The notes: a model not told the origin generated them from the letters alone. A stretch of 64,000 nucleotides of DNA from Planctomycetota bacterium (GCA_965223265.1 OZ244999.1:7104001-7168000); one strand, 5' to 3'; positions 1 to 10,539 are shown, numbered from the stretch's first letter. Translations and numbers: made by a program.

Positions 1-111
1 AATGCCGAGAACGATCACCACCACCATGATCTCAATCAAGGTAAAACCGTGGCGGCGATCCCGGAGAGCACAGCGGCTTCCGCATCGGACTCGTCTTGCA
101 GCGTCCAACAT
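1..111 (-). CDS. Prepilin/pseudopilin (GspG/PilA-like), 5' part only; runs off the window
   Basis: Not in the ORF track. The reverse complement from ATG at 111 reads MLDAARRVRCGSRCALRDRRHG|FTLIEIMVVVIVLGI, a class III signal with G|F cleavage and E5. AAGGAG RBS upstream; lies downstream of gspE-gspF. Confidence 0.9.
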   Translation of the reverse strand, partial: MLDAARRVRCGSRCALRDRRHGFTLIEIMVVVIVLGI

Positions 112-292
112 AATCGTCAACTCCTTCAAGTTTTGGCCGCAGATGCGGCCCTCACGCAATCATTCGCGCCCGTCGTCCGCCGGACGCGTGAGTCGGTGAT
201 GGCGCGCCATCGGCAGGACGGCACCGCGCTCTTCACCGCGTAAAATCTCTGTCTCGTTGGGTGGTCTGAGGTGTGCATGTCCATGCAGTTAA

Positions 293-476
293 CCGTCCAT
301 TGAAAAAATCATTAGGCCGAGGACTGGACGCTTCAACTCAGCTCGACCGCGGCACAGTCACCGCAATTCATAGTCAGAAATTCATAGTCAAAGAGGGCTC
401 GAGAATTACCTGCGCTTGCCGCCGCCGATGGGAACGCGAGGAGACCAGTCCTCGGCTCGAAGCATTTCAAAGGGTG
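293..476. mobile_element. Family-A fold-back MITE, degenerate copy 1
   Basis: Diverged match to both arms (cgtccattgaaaaaatcattaggccgag... and ...ctcggctcgaagcatttcaaagggtg). Flanked by TTAA at 289-292 and 477-480; the right TTAA contains the gspF stop codon. Confidence 0.75.
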
Positions 477-1769
477 TTAACGCAAAGCTTGGCTCATTTG
501 AAAAATTGGCAAGAGGAGAGCAATCACAATGAAACCCACAATCGCACCGACGCAGAGAATCAGAATCGGACCGAGGAGCGACACGACCGCGCGTGATCGC
601 CCGCGCAGGTGGCGCTCTTGAATCGCCGCGACGCGAAGCAGCATGTTGTCCAGCTGTCCTGTCTCTTCGCCGATCGCGATCAACTGCACCATAGTCGGTG
701 GCAGAAGACCTACTTTGCGAAGAGGTCTCGCCAGCGAATCGCCGCCACGGGTGTCAGCAGTCACCTGCTCGATCGATCGGCTGATGACTCGATTTCCGAC
801 AGTGTTGGTGACGACTTCGAGACCTTTGAGAAGCGGTACGCCACTGCGCTCGAGAGTCCCAAGCATGCGGGAGAAGCGCCCAAGCGCTGCGACGCGGAAC
901 AACCCACCCAGGACTGGCAACCGGAGTTTGAACTGGTCCCATCCGACGGCACCCGCGGGTGTTCGAACATACCACCTAAGCCATACAAGGACGCCGACGC
1001 ACGAGGCAAGGATCAGCCACCAGTACGTCCCGAAGAACTGCGCGGTCGCCAGCAAGACCCGTGTTGGCAGCGGCAGGACCGCATCCATACCGTCGAGCAT
1101 TGCAAAAATCCGGGGCAGAACGAAAACCAAAAGGACGAACGTCGTGACCACGCCTAAGCCGAGAACGAAGCATGGGTACGCGATCGCACTGGCAACTTCG
1201 CTGCGCACCTCGTCGTCACGCTCGAGAAGATCCGCAAGATCAGCGAGCACCCTATCGAGCGCGCCAGCCTCTTCGCCAACCTCAACCATGCTGACGTAGA
1301 ACGTTGGAAACAGCTTCGAATAACGCCCCATCGCACGAGACAAGGAGTCGCCACCGCGCACGGCGGTAGCAAGTTCGAGAATCACGCGCCGTAGAACCTC
1401 GTTCTCGCATTGCTCACCAAGCCCGGCGAGCGCCGATGGGATCGGCACCGCAGCGGCAAGAAGCGTTGCCATCTCTCGTGTAAAGAGCGTCACTTCCTTG
1501 CGAGGGACTCGGAGCGTGGAGCGGGTGGACGCAGCTGCGTTTGTCGGCACTTGTGACTTGCCGCTGGCTACGTCCGTCGCACCCGCTACCCCAGCGGTAG
1601 CCGACGCAGCTTCGATCTCGGAATCGATCCCGCCGAGTCGTTCAAGCCGAAGTGGAAACAGCTCGCGGTCCGCCAGCAAGTCCAGAGCGGCGCGGCGATT
1701 CACGGCTTCCACCGTGCCGCTCAGCGTGCTTCCATCCTTGCGCTTGGCGTCATACTGAAATGCGTTCAC
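477..1769 (-). CDS. gspF: Type II secretion / type IV pilus platform protein GspF/PilC
   Basis: Two GspF repeats (FTREMATLLAAAVP; SMVEVGEEAGAL; IAIGEETGQLD), AYP motif, three TM segments, LLPIF C-terminus. Confidence 0.93.
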   Translation of the reverse strand: MNAFQYDAKRKDGSTLSGTVEAVNRRAALDLLADRELFPLRLERLGGIDSEIEAASATAGVAGATDVASGKSQVPTNAAASTRSTLRVPRKEVTLFTREMATLLAAAVPIPSALAGLGEQCENEVLRRVILELATAVRGGDSLSRAMGRYSKLFPTFYVSMVEVGEEAGALDRVLADLADLLERDDEVRSEVASAIAYPCFVLGLGVVTTFVLLVFVLPRIFAMLDGMDAVLPLPTRVLLATAQFFGTYWWLILASCVGVLVWLRWYVRTPAGAVGWDQFKLRLPVLGGLFRVAALGRFSRMLGTLERSGVPLLKGLEVVTNTVGNRVISRSIEQVTADTRGGDSLARPLRKVGLLPPTMVQLIAIGEETGQLDNMLLRVAAIQERHLRGRSRAVVSLLGPILILCVGAIVGFIVIALLLPIFQMSQALR

Positions 1770-3460
1770 TCTACCTGCTCCGTCACCGTGACTCGTAAGA
1801 CCTCGCTGATGGTCGTTGTTCCGTCGCGCAGCTTCGCAAGCCCGTCGTCACGAATGGTTCGCATGTGCTCAATCGCACGTGACCTCAATTCACTGCTCGA
1901 GCGTCGCTCGACAACGAGCTGCCGCAACTCCGGACGCAGAACCAAGAGCTCGAACAGGCCCGTACGCCCGAGGTATCCTGTACCGCGACAAGCTTCGCAT
2001 CCCGACCCCAGGTAGAACGGACCCTCCGAAGGTGAAATCCCGAGTCGAGTCAACTGGAAGTCAACGTCTGCGTCGACTTGAACCTCCGATTTGCACTGTG
2101 GACAGATGCGACGCACGAGGCGCTGAGCCAGCACGCCCTCAAGCGAGGATGAAATCAAGAACGCCTCGATACCCATGTCCAGTAGACGCGTGATGGCGCC
2201 TGGGGCATCGTTGGTGTGCAGCGTACTAAAGACGAGATGTCCTGTCAGAGCTGCACGGATAGCTATCTCTGCCGTCTCCGCGTCACGGATTTCTCCGACC
2301 ATGATGACGTCGGGGTCTTGACGCAAAATCGCACGCAGCCCACTTGCAAAGGTGAAGCCACGACTCGGTCGCACCGGAATCTGCGCCACCCCTTGTAGCT
2401 CATACTCGACCGGGTCCTCGATGGTGAGCGTCTTTCTCTCGGGGCTATAGATGCCGCTTAAGATGGCGTAGAGCGTAGTTGTCTTACCGCATCCCGTTGG
2501 CCCGGTTGAAAGTAGAATACCGTACGGCTTGGAAACGATATCGTGCAAACGCCCCGCTTCATCCGGGTGCATGCCCAGCTCGGCGAGCGTCTGCGTACGA
2601 GAATCCTTGACGAGAAGGCGCATGACGACACTCTCACCGTAGACGGTCGGCATGGTGCCGACGCGTACGTCGACGCGTTGTGCGTCGTGCTGGATTTGAA
2701 AGTGGCCATCCTGCGGCACGTAACGCTCGGCGATGTTGATCTGCGCCATGATCTTGATGCGCGAGATGAGTGCCGCATGGAGATGCCGTGGAGGCGGCGA
2801 CATAACCTGCAGGACGCCATCGATGCGGTACCTCAGTTCCAGCGAACGCTCGAACGGAACAAGGTGAATGTCACTCGCTCGTTCACGGAGCGCGCTCGAG
2901 ATGATGACATTGACGAGGTTGACAACGGTCGGCTCATTCGCCATGACCTCAATCTCGTGAAGTGTATCACTGCGCTCATCTGAATTGCTGCTGGTGAAGT
3001 CGCCGATGACGTTCTCTACGGTGACCGCATACGCCTCCTGGATCTTGCCGCGAATCTGCTCGCGCTCCGCGACGACTTCTTCGACCTCGCAGCCGCTGAG
3101 CAGCCGCACATCCTCGATGACCTGGCGATTGCCAGGATCGGCCGTGGCGATCTGGAGCTTACCGTCTCGGATCGCCAGCGGCAAAATCTCGCTGCGGCGG
3201 ACGAACTCGGCGTCGAGCAGATTTGTTGCCGCCGGTGTCGCGGTTAGTTGATCAGAAGGCAGCTGGAGAAGCTGCATCTGCTCAGCAAGCGACTGAAGTA
3301 GCGTCTCCTCGGAAATATACCCGAGCTCTAACAGACAACGTCCCAGACGTTCGCCAGAAGCCTGCTGCTGTTTGAGCCCCTCTTCGACCTGCTCCGCCGT
3401 AGCCTGACCGGCGCGGATCAGAATCTCTCCCAGACAAGGATTGCCCGCGGGACGAACCAT
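1766..3460 (-). CDS. gspE: GspE/PilB assembly ATPase with N-terminal MshEN domain
   Basis: Walker A GPTGCGKT, TIEDPVE, LRQDPDVIMVGEIRD, TGHLVFSTLH, and a CxxC...CxxC Zn site. N-terminal LGEIL...G...Q / RLGRCL..LG motif. Start moved to ATG 3460, which has a GAGGGG RBS. Confidence 0.93.
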   Translation of the reverse strand: MVRPAGNPCLGEILIRAGQATAEQVEEGLKQQQASGERLGRCLLELGYISEETLLQSLAEQMQLLQLPSDQLTATPAATNLLDAEFVRRSEILPLAIRDGKLQIATADPGNRQVIEDVRLLSGCEVEEVVAEREQIRGKIQEAYAVTVENVIGDFTSSNSDERSDTLHEIEVMANEPTVVNLVNVIISSALRERASDIHLVPFERSLELRYRIDGVLQVMSPPPRHLHAALISRIKIMAQINIAERYVPQDGHFQIQHDAQRVDVRVGTMPTVYGESVVMRLLVKDSRTQTLAELGMHPDEAGRLHDIVSKPYGILLSTGPTGCGKTTTLYAILSGIYSPERKTLTIEDPVEYELQGVAQIPVRPSRGFTFASGLRAILRQDPDVIMVGEIRDAETAEIAIRAALTGHLVFSTLHTNDAPGAITRLLDMGIEAFLISSSLEGVLAQRLVRRICPQCKSEVQVDADVDFQLTRLGISPSEGPFYLGSGCEACRGTGYLGRTGLFELLVLRPELRQLVVERRSSSELRSRAIEHMRTIRDDGLAKLRDGTTTISEVLRVTVTEQVE

Positions 3461-4003
3461 AAACCCCCCTCGGCGGATCGGGCCGATCCAGAGGACCGAA
3501 CGTGCCGAGAATCTCAACTACAGCATCCCAACTCAAAACCGCAGCAGGCCTCGCCAAAGCAGGTCTCGTCGCCAACACACGATCGATTCTACTCGATTCG
3601 CGGTCGCCGCTGCTCCTCCTGCAAGCGAAGACGTGCACGTCGTTACGTCGTCATCGCAACCTGTCACGAATGTCGACTCAGGACTTCTCGTAGAACTTAA
3701 AAGACAAAAGCATCCTAACGGCAAAGCTGACCGAGCGCAAAAACCTGCGCACATCTATAAGACGTACAACAAGTCGTCGGTTTTCAGAAAAATCTCGCAA
3801 AAAACTAACAGACGACCTGACGCCAGCAGCTCGCGATGAGCGCGCGAAGAATTCCCTTCTCGCCGGCGCCACGTTCGAGCTAAAATCCCCCAAATGTACG
3901 CTGCATTCGCGGCGTTCGCGGATCGGAGAGCGCGCCGCGTCGCCCCCGCTTCGCGCTAAGGCGTGCTCGCCTGTGGGTCGCGTAACGGTCGGAGTCACTT
4001 CGC

Positions 4004-4519
4004 TTGAAACAGCCGGGCAGCGACATGACGGGGCAACACGGTGCGGGACAGCAGCGTTCGAGACGACGTTCTTTGCCGCCGGTTCGCTGGAAACATCCTG
4101 CGTTGGCGAACCACTCCCGCAGAGCTCGCCGACGCCTCTTCTGGGCCGTGTTGCTTACGATCACGAGCCTGCAAGGTTGCCGCGCCGTCGGGCCGCGGAC
4201 CACGCTCAGCGTCGACGAGAAGCTCGCTCGTGTCGGACTGAGACGTATCTCGGAAAGTGAAGCTGCCCTCCCACCGAGCGAGCGCGGTCGTTACGTTCCC
4301 TGCCGCGTCGCCGCCTCAGCGCCTCGAGCCGCGCTCAAACCACATTACGCCGGATATCTGATCGTTGGCGTGCACGCGGAAGCAGCGGGCAGCGCGGACG
4401 AGATCCTCGCCGCGCTGAAGAACTGGCAGCCAGGCGAAACGCTATCTCTTAGAGTTCGCCGTAACCCCTACCTCGGGCCGGAGGCCGAGTTTTGGGAAAT
4501 GGATGTCCAGATGAGATAG
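4004..4519 (+). CDS. Hypothetical exported/lipoprotein with a PDZ-like C-terminal part
   Basis: Basic region plus hydrophobic segment ending LQGC. The C-terminus GYLIVGV...EILAALKNWQPGETLSLRVRR resembles a PDZ domain end. Start uncertain. Confidence 0.5.
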   Translation: MKQPGSDMTGQHGAGQQRSRRRSLPPVRWKHPALANHSRRARRRLFWAVLLTITSLQGCRAVGPRTTLSVDEKLARVGLRRISESEAALPPSERGRYVPCRVAASAPRAALKPHYAGYLIVGVHAEAAGSADEILAALKNWQPGETLSLRVRRNPYLGPEAEFWEMDVQMR

Positions 4520-4561
4520 CGCGACGACACGACCTGTAGATGACGGCACAGCGAAGACCCG

Positions 4562-6097
4562 CTATGGCCCGCCGACGCAAATCAGCTTCGTGCGCGTGCG
4601 CACAAGGAGTCGACCGCCACCGATCGCCGGCGTCCCGACGATGCTCTCCCCCATCTCATTCTTAGCAAGCAGCTCGTACTCTGGGCCGTCGTTGAGGACG
4701 ACGATCGTACCGTTTTCGCCGGCGATATAGACTTTCCCGTCGCCGTAAATCGGTGAGGCGAAATAGTCACCGGAGTTGCCGATTCGTTTCGGACCACGCA
4801 GAAGCGTCCCCGATTCGGTTTCGAAGAGAGTGCTGATGCCACCCGCTTTGATCAGGAGCATACGACCGCCGCGCACGAAGGGCGACACGATATGGTCGGT
4901 GTGCTTCGTGCGATGCTTCCAAAGGACGTGCGTGTCGCTGACATCACCTCGACCGCCGCCGCGAACAGCGAGAATGTACTCGTCAGCGGCTTCCGCGGCG
5001 TCGAAACGCGCACCGGCGAAATTCTCAGGATTGAGGAAAGCCGTGTCGAGCTCTTCGCCCTCGAGAAAACCATCGCCGTTCGCGTCACCGCGGTCAAACG
5101 TACGCTGGAAGAAGGCCTCCGGAATCTTCGTCTCGCCGACAAACGCTTGCATCTCCTCTTTGGTCAGTTTGCCGTCGCTGTTTCCCGTCTCGGTGCGATC
5201 CGCGGACGATAACCACTGATTCGCGATGCCACCACTTTGCAGCGACACGTAGACGACCCCATCGAGGCTTACCGGAGTCGTCTTGATATTACGCAGTAGC
5301 GTCCTGGCGTGCCAAAGCCGTCGACCGCTGCGGGGATCGTATCCGATGAGCAAACCCGTGCCCGCGACGACAATCTCGTCTCCGCTTGAGGTACGGCAAA
5401 CGACAGGATGAGAGTAGTTGACTGCCATGTCGCCTCGAGAGTCCTTCCAAACGAGATCGCCGGTTCGTTTGTTGAAAGCATGAATCGCCGGATGAAGATC
5501 ATCGTCCTGGCAGAAGACAACGAGATCGTCGTAGAGAATCGGCGACATCGCCGGACCCCACTTAAAAACGAAGAAGGGCGGCGGCAACTGAGCATGCCAC
5601 ACGTCCGCGCCGGTCTTCGCGTCGACAGCCTGCAAGCCGAGGCTGCTGAAGTAGAAGTAGACGCGCTCGTCGTCCGCTGCAGGAGTCGTGCTCGCGTGGC
5701 TGTTCGTCTTGTGAACGGCCGGCAGCTGACCGGTCGGCCATGCGCGCCGCCACAGCTCATCGCCGGTCGCAACGTCAAACGCGAACAGACCGACCGTCTG
5801 GGCGTCGATCATGCCGACCGTGAAGGCACGCCCGTCCGCGACAACCGGGCAGCCCACGCCGTCGCCCACGTCTGCAGTCCAGGCGACGTTCTTCGTGGCC
5901 GAGAATTCAGCCGGAAGTCGCTCTCGGGTGCTCGAGACTCCGCTACAGTTCGGTCCACGGAACTGCGGCCAATCGCCAACCTGGCGTCCAGTACACCCGG
6001 GTGTCGTCGCGGTCAACCCAGCGCTAACGACAACGAACAGCCACTGAGAGGCCGATCGATAGCGAAACCAACGCTGAAAGATACCGTGTGTCTGCAT
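4562..6097 (-). CDS. PQQ-binding-like (BamB-type) beta-propeller protein with inserted EF-hand pair
   Basis: DWPQFRGPN N-terminal motif, repeated AxDxxTGxxxW blades, SP/TP blade motifs, and insert GNSDGKLTKEEM / DANGDGFLEGEEL. Confidence 0.88.
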   Translation of the reverse strand: MQTHGIFQRWFRYRSASQWLFVVVSAGLTATTPGCTGRQVGDWPQFRGPNCSGVSSTRERLPAEFSATKNVAWTADVGDGVGCPVVADGRAFTVGMIDAQTVGLFAFDVATGDELWRRAWPTGQLPAVHKTNSHASTTPAADDERVYFYFSSLGLQAVDAKTGADVWHAQLPPPFFVFKWGPAMSPILYDDLVVFCQDDDLHPAIHAFNKRTGDLVWKDSRGDMAVNYSHPVVCRTSSGDEIVVAGTGLLIGYDPRSGRRLWHARTLLRNIKTTPVSLDGVVYVSLQSGGIANQWLSSADRTETGNSDGKLTKEEMQAFVGETKIPEAFFQRTFDRGDANGDGFLEGEELDTAFLNPENFAGARFDAAEAADEYILAVRGGGRGDVSDTHVLWKHRTKHTDHIVSPFVRGGRMLLIKAGGISTLFETESGTLLRGPKRIGNSGDYFASPIYGDGKVYIAGENGTIVVLNDGPEYELLAKNEMGESIVGTPAIGGGRLLVRTRTKLICVGGP

Positions 6098-6265
6098 GGT
6101 AGCCTCTGCAAATGGGGTCCGGCGAACGCGGCGATCGAAACTTCTACACACCGAGGGCCGTCTCTCGCCATCCTCTTGATTCTTGGCATGCGGAGCAGTG
6201 TCGACTACCCTACACCACCGCTCCGGAGACGAGCAACCACTTCAGGTGACGTAGGACCATCGATC

Positions 6266-7483
6266 ATGTCCAAAAGAACCATTGCCGTCATCGCGACACT
6301 GGACACGAAGGGTCCTGAAGCGCAATTCCTTCGCCAGCAGATCGAATCCTTCGGCCACGAAGCCTGCGTCATCGACACCGGCGTCGTCGGAGAGGCAAAC
6401 GCGCGCGCGGAGTTCAGTCGAGAAAGCGTTGCCAAAGCAGGAGGCGTACCTCTCGACGAACTCTTGAAGAATCCGAGCCGCGACCAGGCCGCACCAGTGA
6501 TGGCTGAAGGAGCGACGAAGATCCTTGTGGACCTCGTCGAGCAGAACAAGATCCATGGCGTCCTCGGGCTCGGAGGCACGCAAGGCACGACGCTCGCGTC
6601 GCATGCGATGCGGGCGCTACCATACGGCTTCCCAAAAGTCATGGTGTCGACGATGGCGTCGGGCGACGTCTCGCGCTGGGTGGACATCAAAGACGTCACG
6701 ATGATGTTCTCCGTCGCCGACATCCTCGGACTCAATCCGCTGACCCGGAAGATCCTCGCGAACGCGGCGGGCGCCGTCTGTGGCGCTGCAAGCGTCGATG
6801 TGACCCTACAGTCCGGGCGTCAACCGTTGATCGCAGTCACCACCGTCGGCATCACTACACAAGGTGCCATGCACGCCGTCAAAGTGCTCGAAGAGGCAGG
6901 CTACGAAACGATCGTCTTTCACGCGATCGGCGCCGGTGGCCGCGCCATGGAACAGTTGATGCGCGAAGGCGTCATCGGTGCCGTCCTGGACTACTCCACG
7001 ATTGAAGTCTCCAATCAGATGTATGACGCTCTCCTCGCCGCGGACGACGCTCGCCTCACCACCGCGGGGAAGCTCGGTCTGCCGCAAGTGATCTGCCCCG
7101 GCGCCATCGAAGTGCTCGTCTTCGGTGAACCGACCTCGGTCCCGGCACCTTTCAACACGCGAACCCTCATTCGTCATAGCCCACAGATCACAGACGTACG
7201 CCTTGACGCCAGCGAGATGGCTCAGGTCGGCAACGAGGTCGCCAAGCGATTGCAGCACACCGAATCTGACGCCGTCTTCATGATCCCGACAGCTGGATTC
7301 GATAGCTACGGCGTCGAAGGACAGGGGTTCCACGATCCTGCCGCGGACCGAGCTTTCACGGATGCGCTACGTGGCGGTCTCCCGCGCAATGTCGAAATCG
7401 TAGAACGTGACACTCACATCGAAGATCCGGAGTTTGCCGCCGAAGCGGCCCGCCGGCTGATCGAGCTCATCAATCCCGCTTGA
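6266..7483 (+). CDS. UPF0261 / Tm-1-like ATP-binding domain protein
   Basis: Starts MSKRTIAVIATLDTKGPE; motifs GGTQGT, LPYGFPKVMVST, SVADILGLN, FHAIGAGG. True start ATG 6266; the upstream part of the 691-aa ORF is antisense to the PQQ gene. Confidence 0.88.
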   Translation: MSKRTIAVIATLDTKGPEAQFLRQQIESFGHEACVIDTGVVGEANARAEFSRESVAKAGGVPLDELLKNPSRDQAAPVMAEGATKILVDLVEQNKIHGVLGLGGTQGTTLASHAMRALPYGFPKVMVSTMASGDVSRWVDIKDVTMMFSVADILGLNPLTRKILANAAGAVCGAASVDVTLQSGRQPLIAVTTVGITTQGAMHAVKVLEEAGYETIVFHAIGAGGRAMEQLMREGVIGAVLDYSTIEVSNQMYDALLAADDARLTTAGKLGLPQVICPGAIEVLVFGEPTSVPAPFNTRTLIRHSPQITDVRLDASEMAQVGNEVAKRLQHTESDAVFMIPTAGFDSYGVEGQGFHDPAADRAFTDALRGGLPRNVEIVERDTHIEDPEFAAEAARRLIELINPA

Positions 7484-7491
7484 GGCTTCCT

Positions 7492-8337
7492 GTGGCAATA
7501 CGATATACACGCGAAGAATTCTTGAAGCGCCTGCGCAATCAGATCTCCCAACGCCAACCTCTCGTCATGACAGGAGCCGGGAGCGGCATCTGCGCCAAGT
7601 TTATCGAACGTGGCGGTGTCGACATCCTCGGCGTCTACAACACCGGGTACTTCCGCATGCAGGGCTACGGCTCGCTTGCAGGAATGTTACCAATGGCAGA
7701 TGCCAACCAGATGGTCTATGACATTGGCCGTCGCGAAGTCCTGCCGCAAGCTAGGGAAGTTCCTGTCGTCGCCGGACTCAATGGCGTCGACGTGCTGCGG
7801 GACATGAGGCTGTTCTTGGAAGATTGTTCGCGCATCGGCTATAGCGGTGTGCACAACTTCCCCACTGTCGCCTGGTTCGACGGCGAGTTTCGACGCACAC
7901 TCGAAGGAACAGGCCTCGGATACGAACACGAAATCCGCATGCTCAACACAGCGCGCGAGCTGGATCTATTGACGATCGGCTACGCGTTCAACGAAGAAGA
8001 CACACGCCGCATCATGAACGAGTCTGCTCCGGACATCTTCATCTTCCATGCCGGCATCACCCGCGGCGGCACGACGGGATACGGAGGCGGCGCTTCGATT
8101 GAGGACACCGCGACTCGCAGCCAGCACCACTACGACATTGCGAAGGCGGTCAAACCGGACGTGATTCTCTTGGCGCATGGCGCGGCCATCACTGATCCTG
8201 AAGATGCGCAGTACATGCTCGAGCACACCGAATGTCACGGGGTTCAACTCGGGTCGAGTGTCGAACGTATGGCGATGGAGGGTCCTCTCGAAGAGCGAGC
8301 CGCGGCGTTTAAGCGCGTCCGCTTTCCTTCTTCGTGA
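7492..8337 (+). CDS. TIM-barrel 'signal transduction' / PEP-hydrolase-like protein (Tm-1 C-terminal-like)
   Basis: GAGSGICAK, YNTGYFRMQGYGSLAGMLP, GVHNFPTV, LAHG, GSSVER. Directly follows the UPF0261 gene. GTG start chosen. Confidence 0.88.
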   Translation: MAIRYTREEFLKRLRNQISQRQPLVMTGAGSGICAKFIERGGVDILGVYNTGYFRMQGYGSLAGMLPMADANQMVYDIGRREVLPQAREVPVVAGLNGVDVLRDMRLFLEDCSRIGYSGVHNFPTVAWFDGEFRRTLEGTGLGYEHEIRMLNTARELDLLTIGYAFNEEDTRRIMNESAPDIFIFHAGITRGGTTGYGGGASIEDTATRSQHHYDIAKAVKPDVILLAHGAAITDPEDAQYMLEHTECHGVQLGSSVERMAMEGPLEERAAAFKRVRFPSS

Positions 8338-8364
8338 ACCCGTCGTCGAAGACCCCATCTGCGT

Positions 8365-10263
8365 TCACGTGGCACCGTGAACATCCCCGCCGGAGTGCGG
8401 ACTTGGTGCAGTGGATAGACGCTCGAAAACGATACGTCCGAGACGCTTGCCGACGACTTCGGCGATCTGCTCCTCGGAGGCTTCTCGGAGCTTTCTTAGC
8501 GTTCCGAACTTGTCGATAAGCATCTGCTGACGCTTCTTGCCGATGCCAGGGATCTCTTCAAGTCCCGTGCGAAGAGTCGCCTTCTTACGCAGCTGACGAT
8601 GATATTGAATCGCAAAACGATGCGCCTCATCGCGAATACGCTGTAGCAAAAGGCTCTCCGCTGACTCTTGCGGTATGGGCAGAGGGTCCGAGCGACCGGC
8701 GACAAACACGCGCTCAGTGGTCCCTTTGCGGCGCCGTTCTTTGGCGAGACTCGCAACTGCTACACGCCCGTCGAGATCGTTTTCACGCAACAGCTTGACG
8801 GCAACGCCCAGTTGCCCCTTACCGCCATCGATCAACATGAGGTCTGGGAGATCGTCGTCTGCGATGCCCGACTTGATACGGCGCGTGAGGACTTCCTCCA
8901 TGCAGCGAAAGTCGTCAGCACCAACCACCGTTTGAATTCGGTACTTTCGATATCGATCCTTCACCGGTTTGCCGTCTTCGAAGTAAACGAGGGATCCGAC
9001 CGCAAGCGAGCCTTGAAAATTCGAAATGTCGAAACACTCGATGCGCCGCGGAGTCCACGCCATCGACAGGAGCTCCGCGAGGGACGCAAGCACTGCGCCG
9101 GCACGCTCCTCCTCCGACCGACTCATAGTAAAAGCGTTACGACAATTCTTGCGTGCCATCTCGATCAATCTCACGCCGCGGCCACGCTTCGGCACGACGA
9201 CGCGCACCTTAGACCCGCGTTTTTCGCTCAACCAACCTTCCATGATCGGGAGATCTGCAAACTCGTGGTCACACAGCACTTCACGCGGCACGTAGCGTTC
9301 ACGCAGGTAGAACTGGGCAAGAAAGCTCGCTAAGACCTCCTCGCAGTTCAGGTTCGTGCGGAACGTATGGCAATGTGAATTCACGATCCTTCCTTCTCGA
9401 ACGAGGATCTCCTGCACTGCCACGACTCCACCTTCGTCGACCGTCGCAAAGATGTCGCGATCGCCGCGCCCCCACTCTTGAGCTTTCTGCGATTCGAAGG
9501 TCTTGCGAATCGCAGCGATCTGGTCACGGTACCGAGCCGCGAGCTCGTAGCTCCGGCTTTCAGCTGCAGCTTGCATCTTCTGCTCCAGATGAGCGATCAG
9601 TTCCGCGTTGCGTCCTTTCAGGAAGAGGATGACTTCCTCGACATCCTTTCGATAGTCTTCCTCGGAGATGAAATCGACGCACGGAGCAGTACAGCGTCCA
9701 ATTTCATACTCGATGCAGGCTCGGTCACGATTGGCGAAAAAGCTGTTCGTGCATGTGCGAAGAGGGAAGACCGTCTTGATCACCCGGAGCATTTCGCGCA
9801 CTGCCACAGCTGAGCCATAGGGTCCAAAGTAGAGATTGCCGTCCTTCTTGTATCTGCGGGTGACGAAAACGCGCGGCCATTTCTCCGAAGTCGTGACCTT
9901 GATGCTGACGTACGACTTGTCGTCCTTGAGTCGCACGTTGTATACGGGTCGGTGTTTCTTGATGAGGTTGTTTTCGAGGATGAGCGCTTCAGTCTCAGAG
10001 TCGGTGACGATGCAGTCGACGTCGGCGATGCGACCAACGAGAAAACTGTAGAACGCGCGAGAGTCAGCCGAACTCTTTCCGAGATACGAACGCACTCGTG
10101 AACGGAGGTTGACGGCCTTGCCGATATAGATGATACGGCTCGAAGCATCCTTCATGATGTAGACGCCCGGCGAAGCCGGAAATCGACTCACTTTATCGAG
10201 CACATCCTGTGGCACATTGGAGGATGTTCGGCCGGTGAGGTTACCGGCATTGTTTTCGTTCAT
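8365..10263 (-). CDS. uvrC: Excinuclease ABC subunit C
   Basis: GIY-YIG (PGVY...IYIGKAVNLRSRV), UVR domain, RIECFDISN, LIDGGKGQ, RDEAHRFA, and HhH IPGIG. Confidence 0.97.
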   Translation of the reverse strand: MNENNAGNLTGRTSSNVPQDVLDKVSRFPASPGVYIMKDASSRIIYIGKAVNLRSRVRSYLGKSSADSRAFYSFLVGRIADVDCIVTDSETEALILENNLIKKHRPVYNVRLKDDKSYVSIKVTTSEKWPRVFVTRRYKKDGNLYFGPYGSAVAVREMLRVIKTVFPLRTCTNSFFANRDRACIEYEIGRCTAPCVDFISEEDYRKDVEEVILFLKGRNAELIAHLEQKMQAAAESRSYELAARYRDQIAAIRKTFESQKAQEWGRGDRDIFATVDEGGVVAVQEILVREGRIVNSHCHTFRTNLNCEEVLASFLAQFYLRERYVPREVLCDHEFADLPIMEGWLSEKRGSKVRVVVPKRGRGVRLIEMARKNCRNAFTMSRSEEERAGAVLASLAELLSMAWTPRRIECFDISNFQGSLAVGSLVYFEDGKPVKDRYRKYRIQTVVGADDFRCMEEVLTRRIKSGIADDDLPDLMLIDGGKGQLGVAVKLLRENDLDGRVAVASLAKERRRKGTTERVFVAGRSDPLPIPQESAESLLLQRIRDEAHRFAIQYHRQLRKKATLRTGLEEIPGIGKKRQQMLIDKFGTLRKLREASEEQIAEVVGKRLGRIVFERLSTAPSPHSGGDVHGAT

Positions 10264-10413
10264 TCGACGGTCAAAGGTTCGCAGTGGCAGCCTGAGTTAC
10301 TTCAAGTATCGACGCAGCCTCGACAAGCATGAAGCACATCGCTTCTCCTCATGAATGGCCGGTCCGGCGATCAGCCGCTCCGATAAGCCGGCCAGGCAAC
10401 CATCGCCATCGGT

Positions 10414-10442
10414 TTGACGCTATCCGGTGCCAATGCTACGCT
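10414..10442 (+). promoter_or_regulatory. Putative sigma70 promoter
   Basis: TTGACG-17 bp-TACGCT, about 100 bp upstream of the MshEN protein gene. Confidence 0.55.
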
Positions 10443-10539
10443 TCCCTGGATGAACCGCGCAATGACGCGGGCCTCGGAACGTAGAGCTGCCGTTAGTCTA
10501 CGAGATCTCGTCTTCGGCTTCGCCCTCAAACAAAACACC

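Noticed and set aside
3690-3800. c-di-GMP riboswitch upstream of gspE (GGCAAA...GCAAAA)
   Set aside because: The motif is on the wrong strand for gspE, and it lacks the GAAA-tetraloop P2 and receptor P3 stems.
5408-6265. N-terminal 286 aa of the 691-aa ORF
   Set aside because: Overlaps the PQQ gene on the other strand; family similarity starts at ATG 6266.
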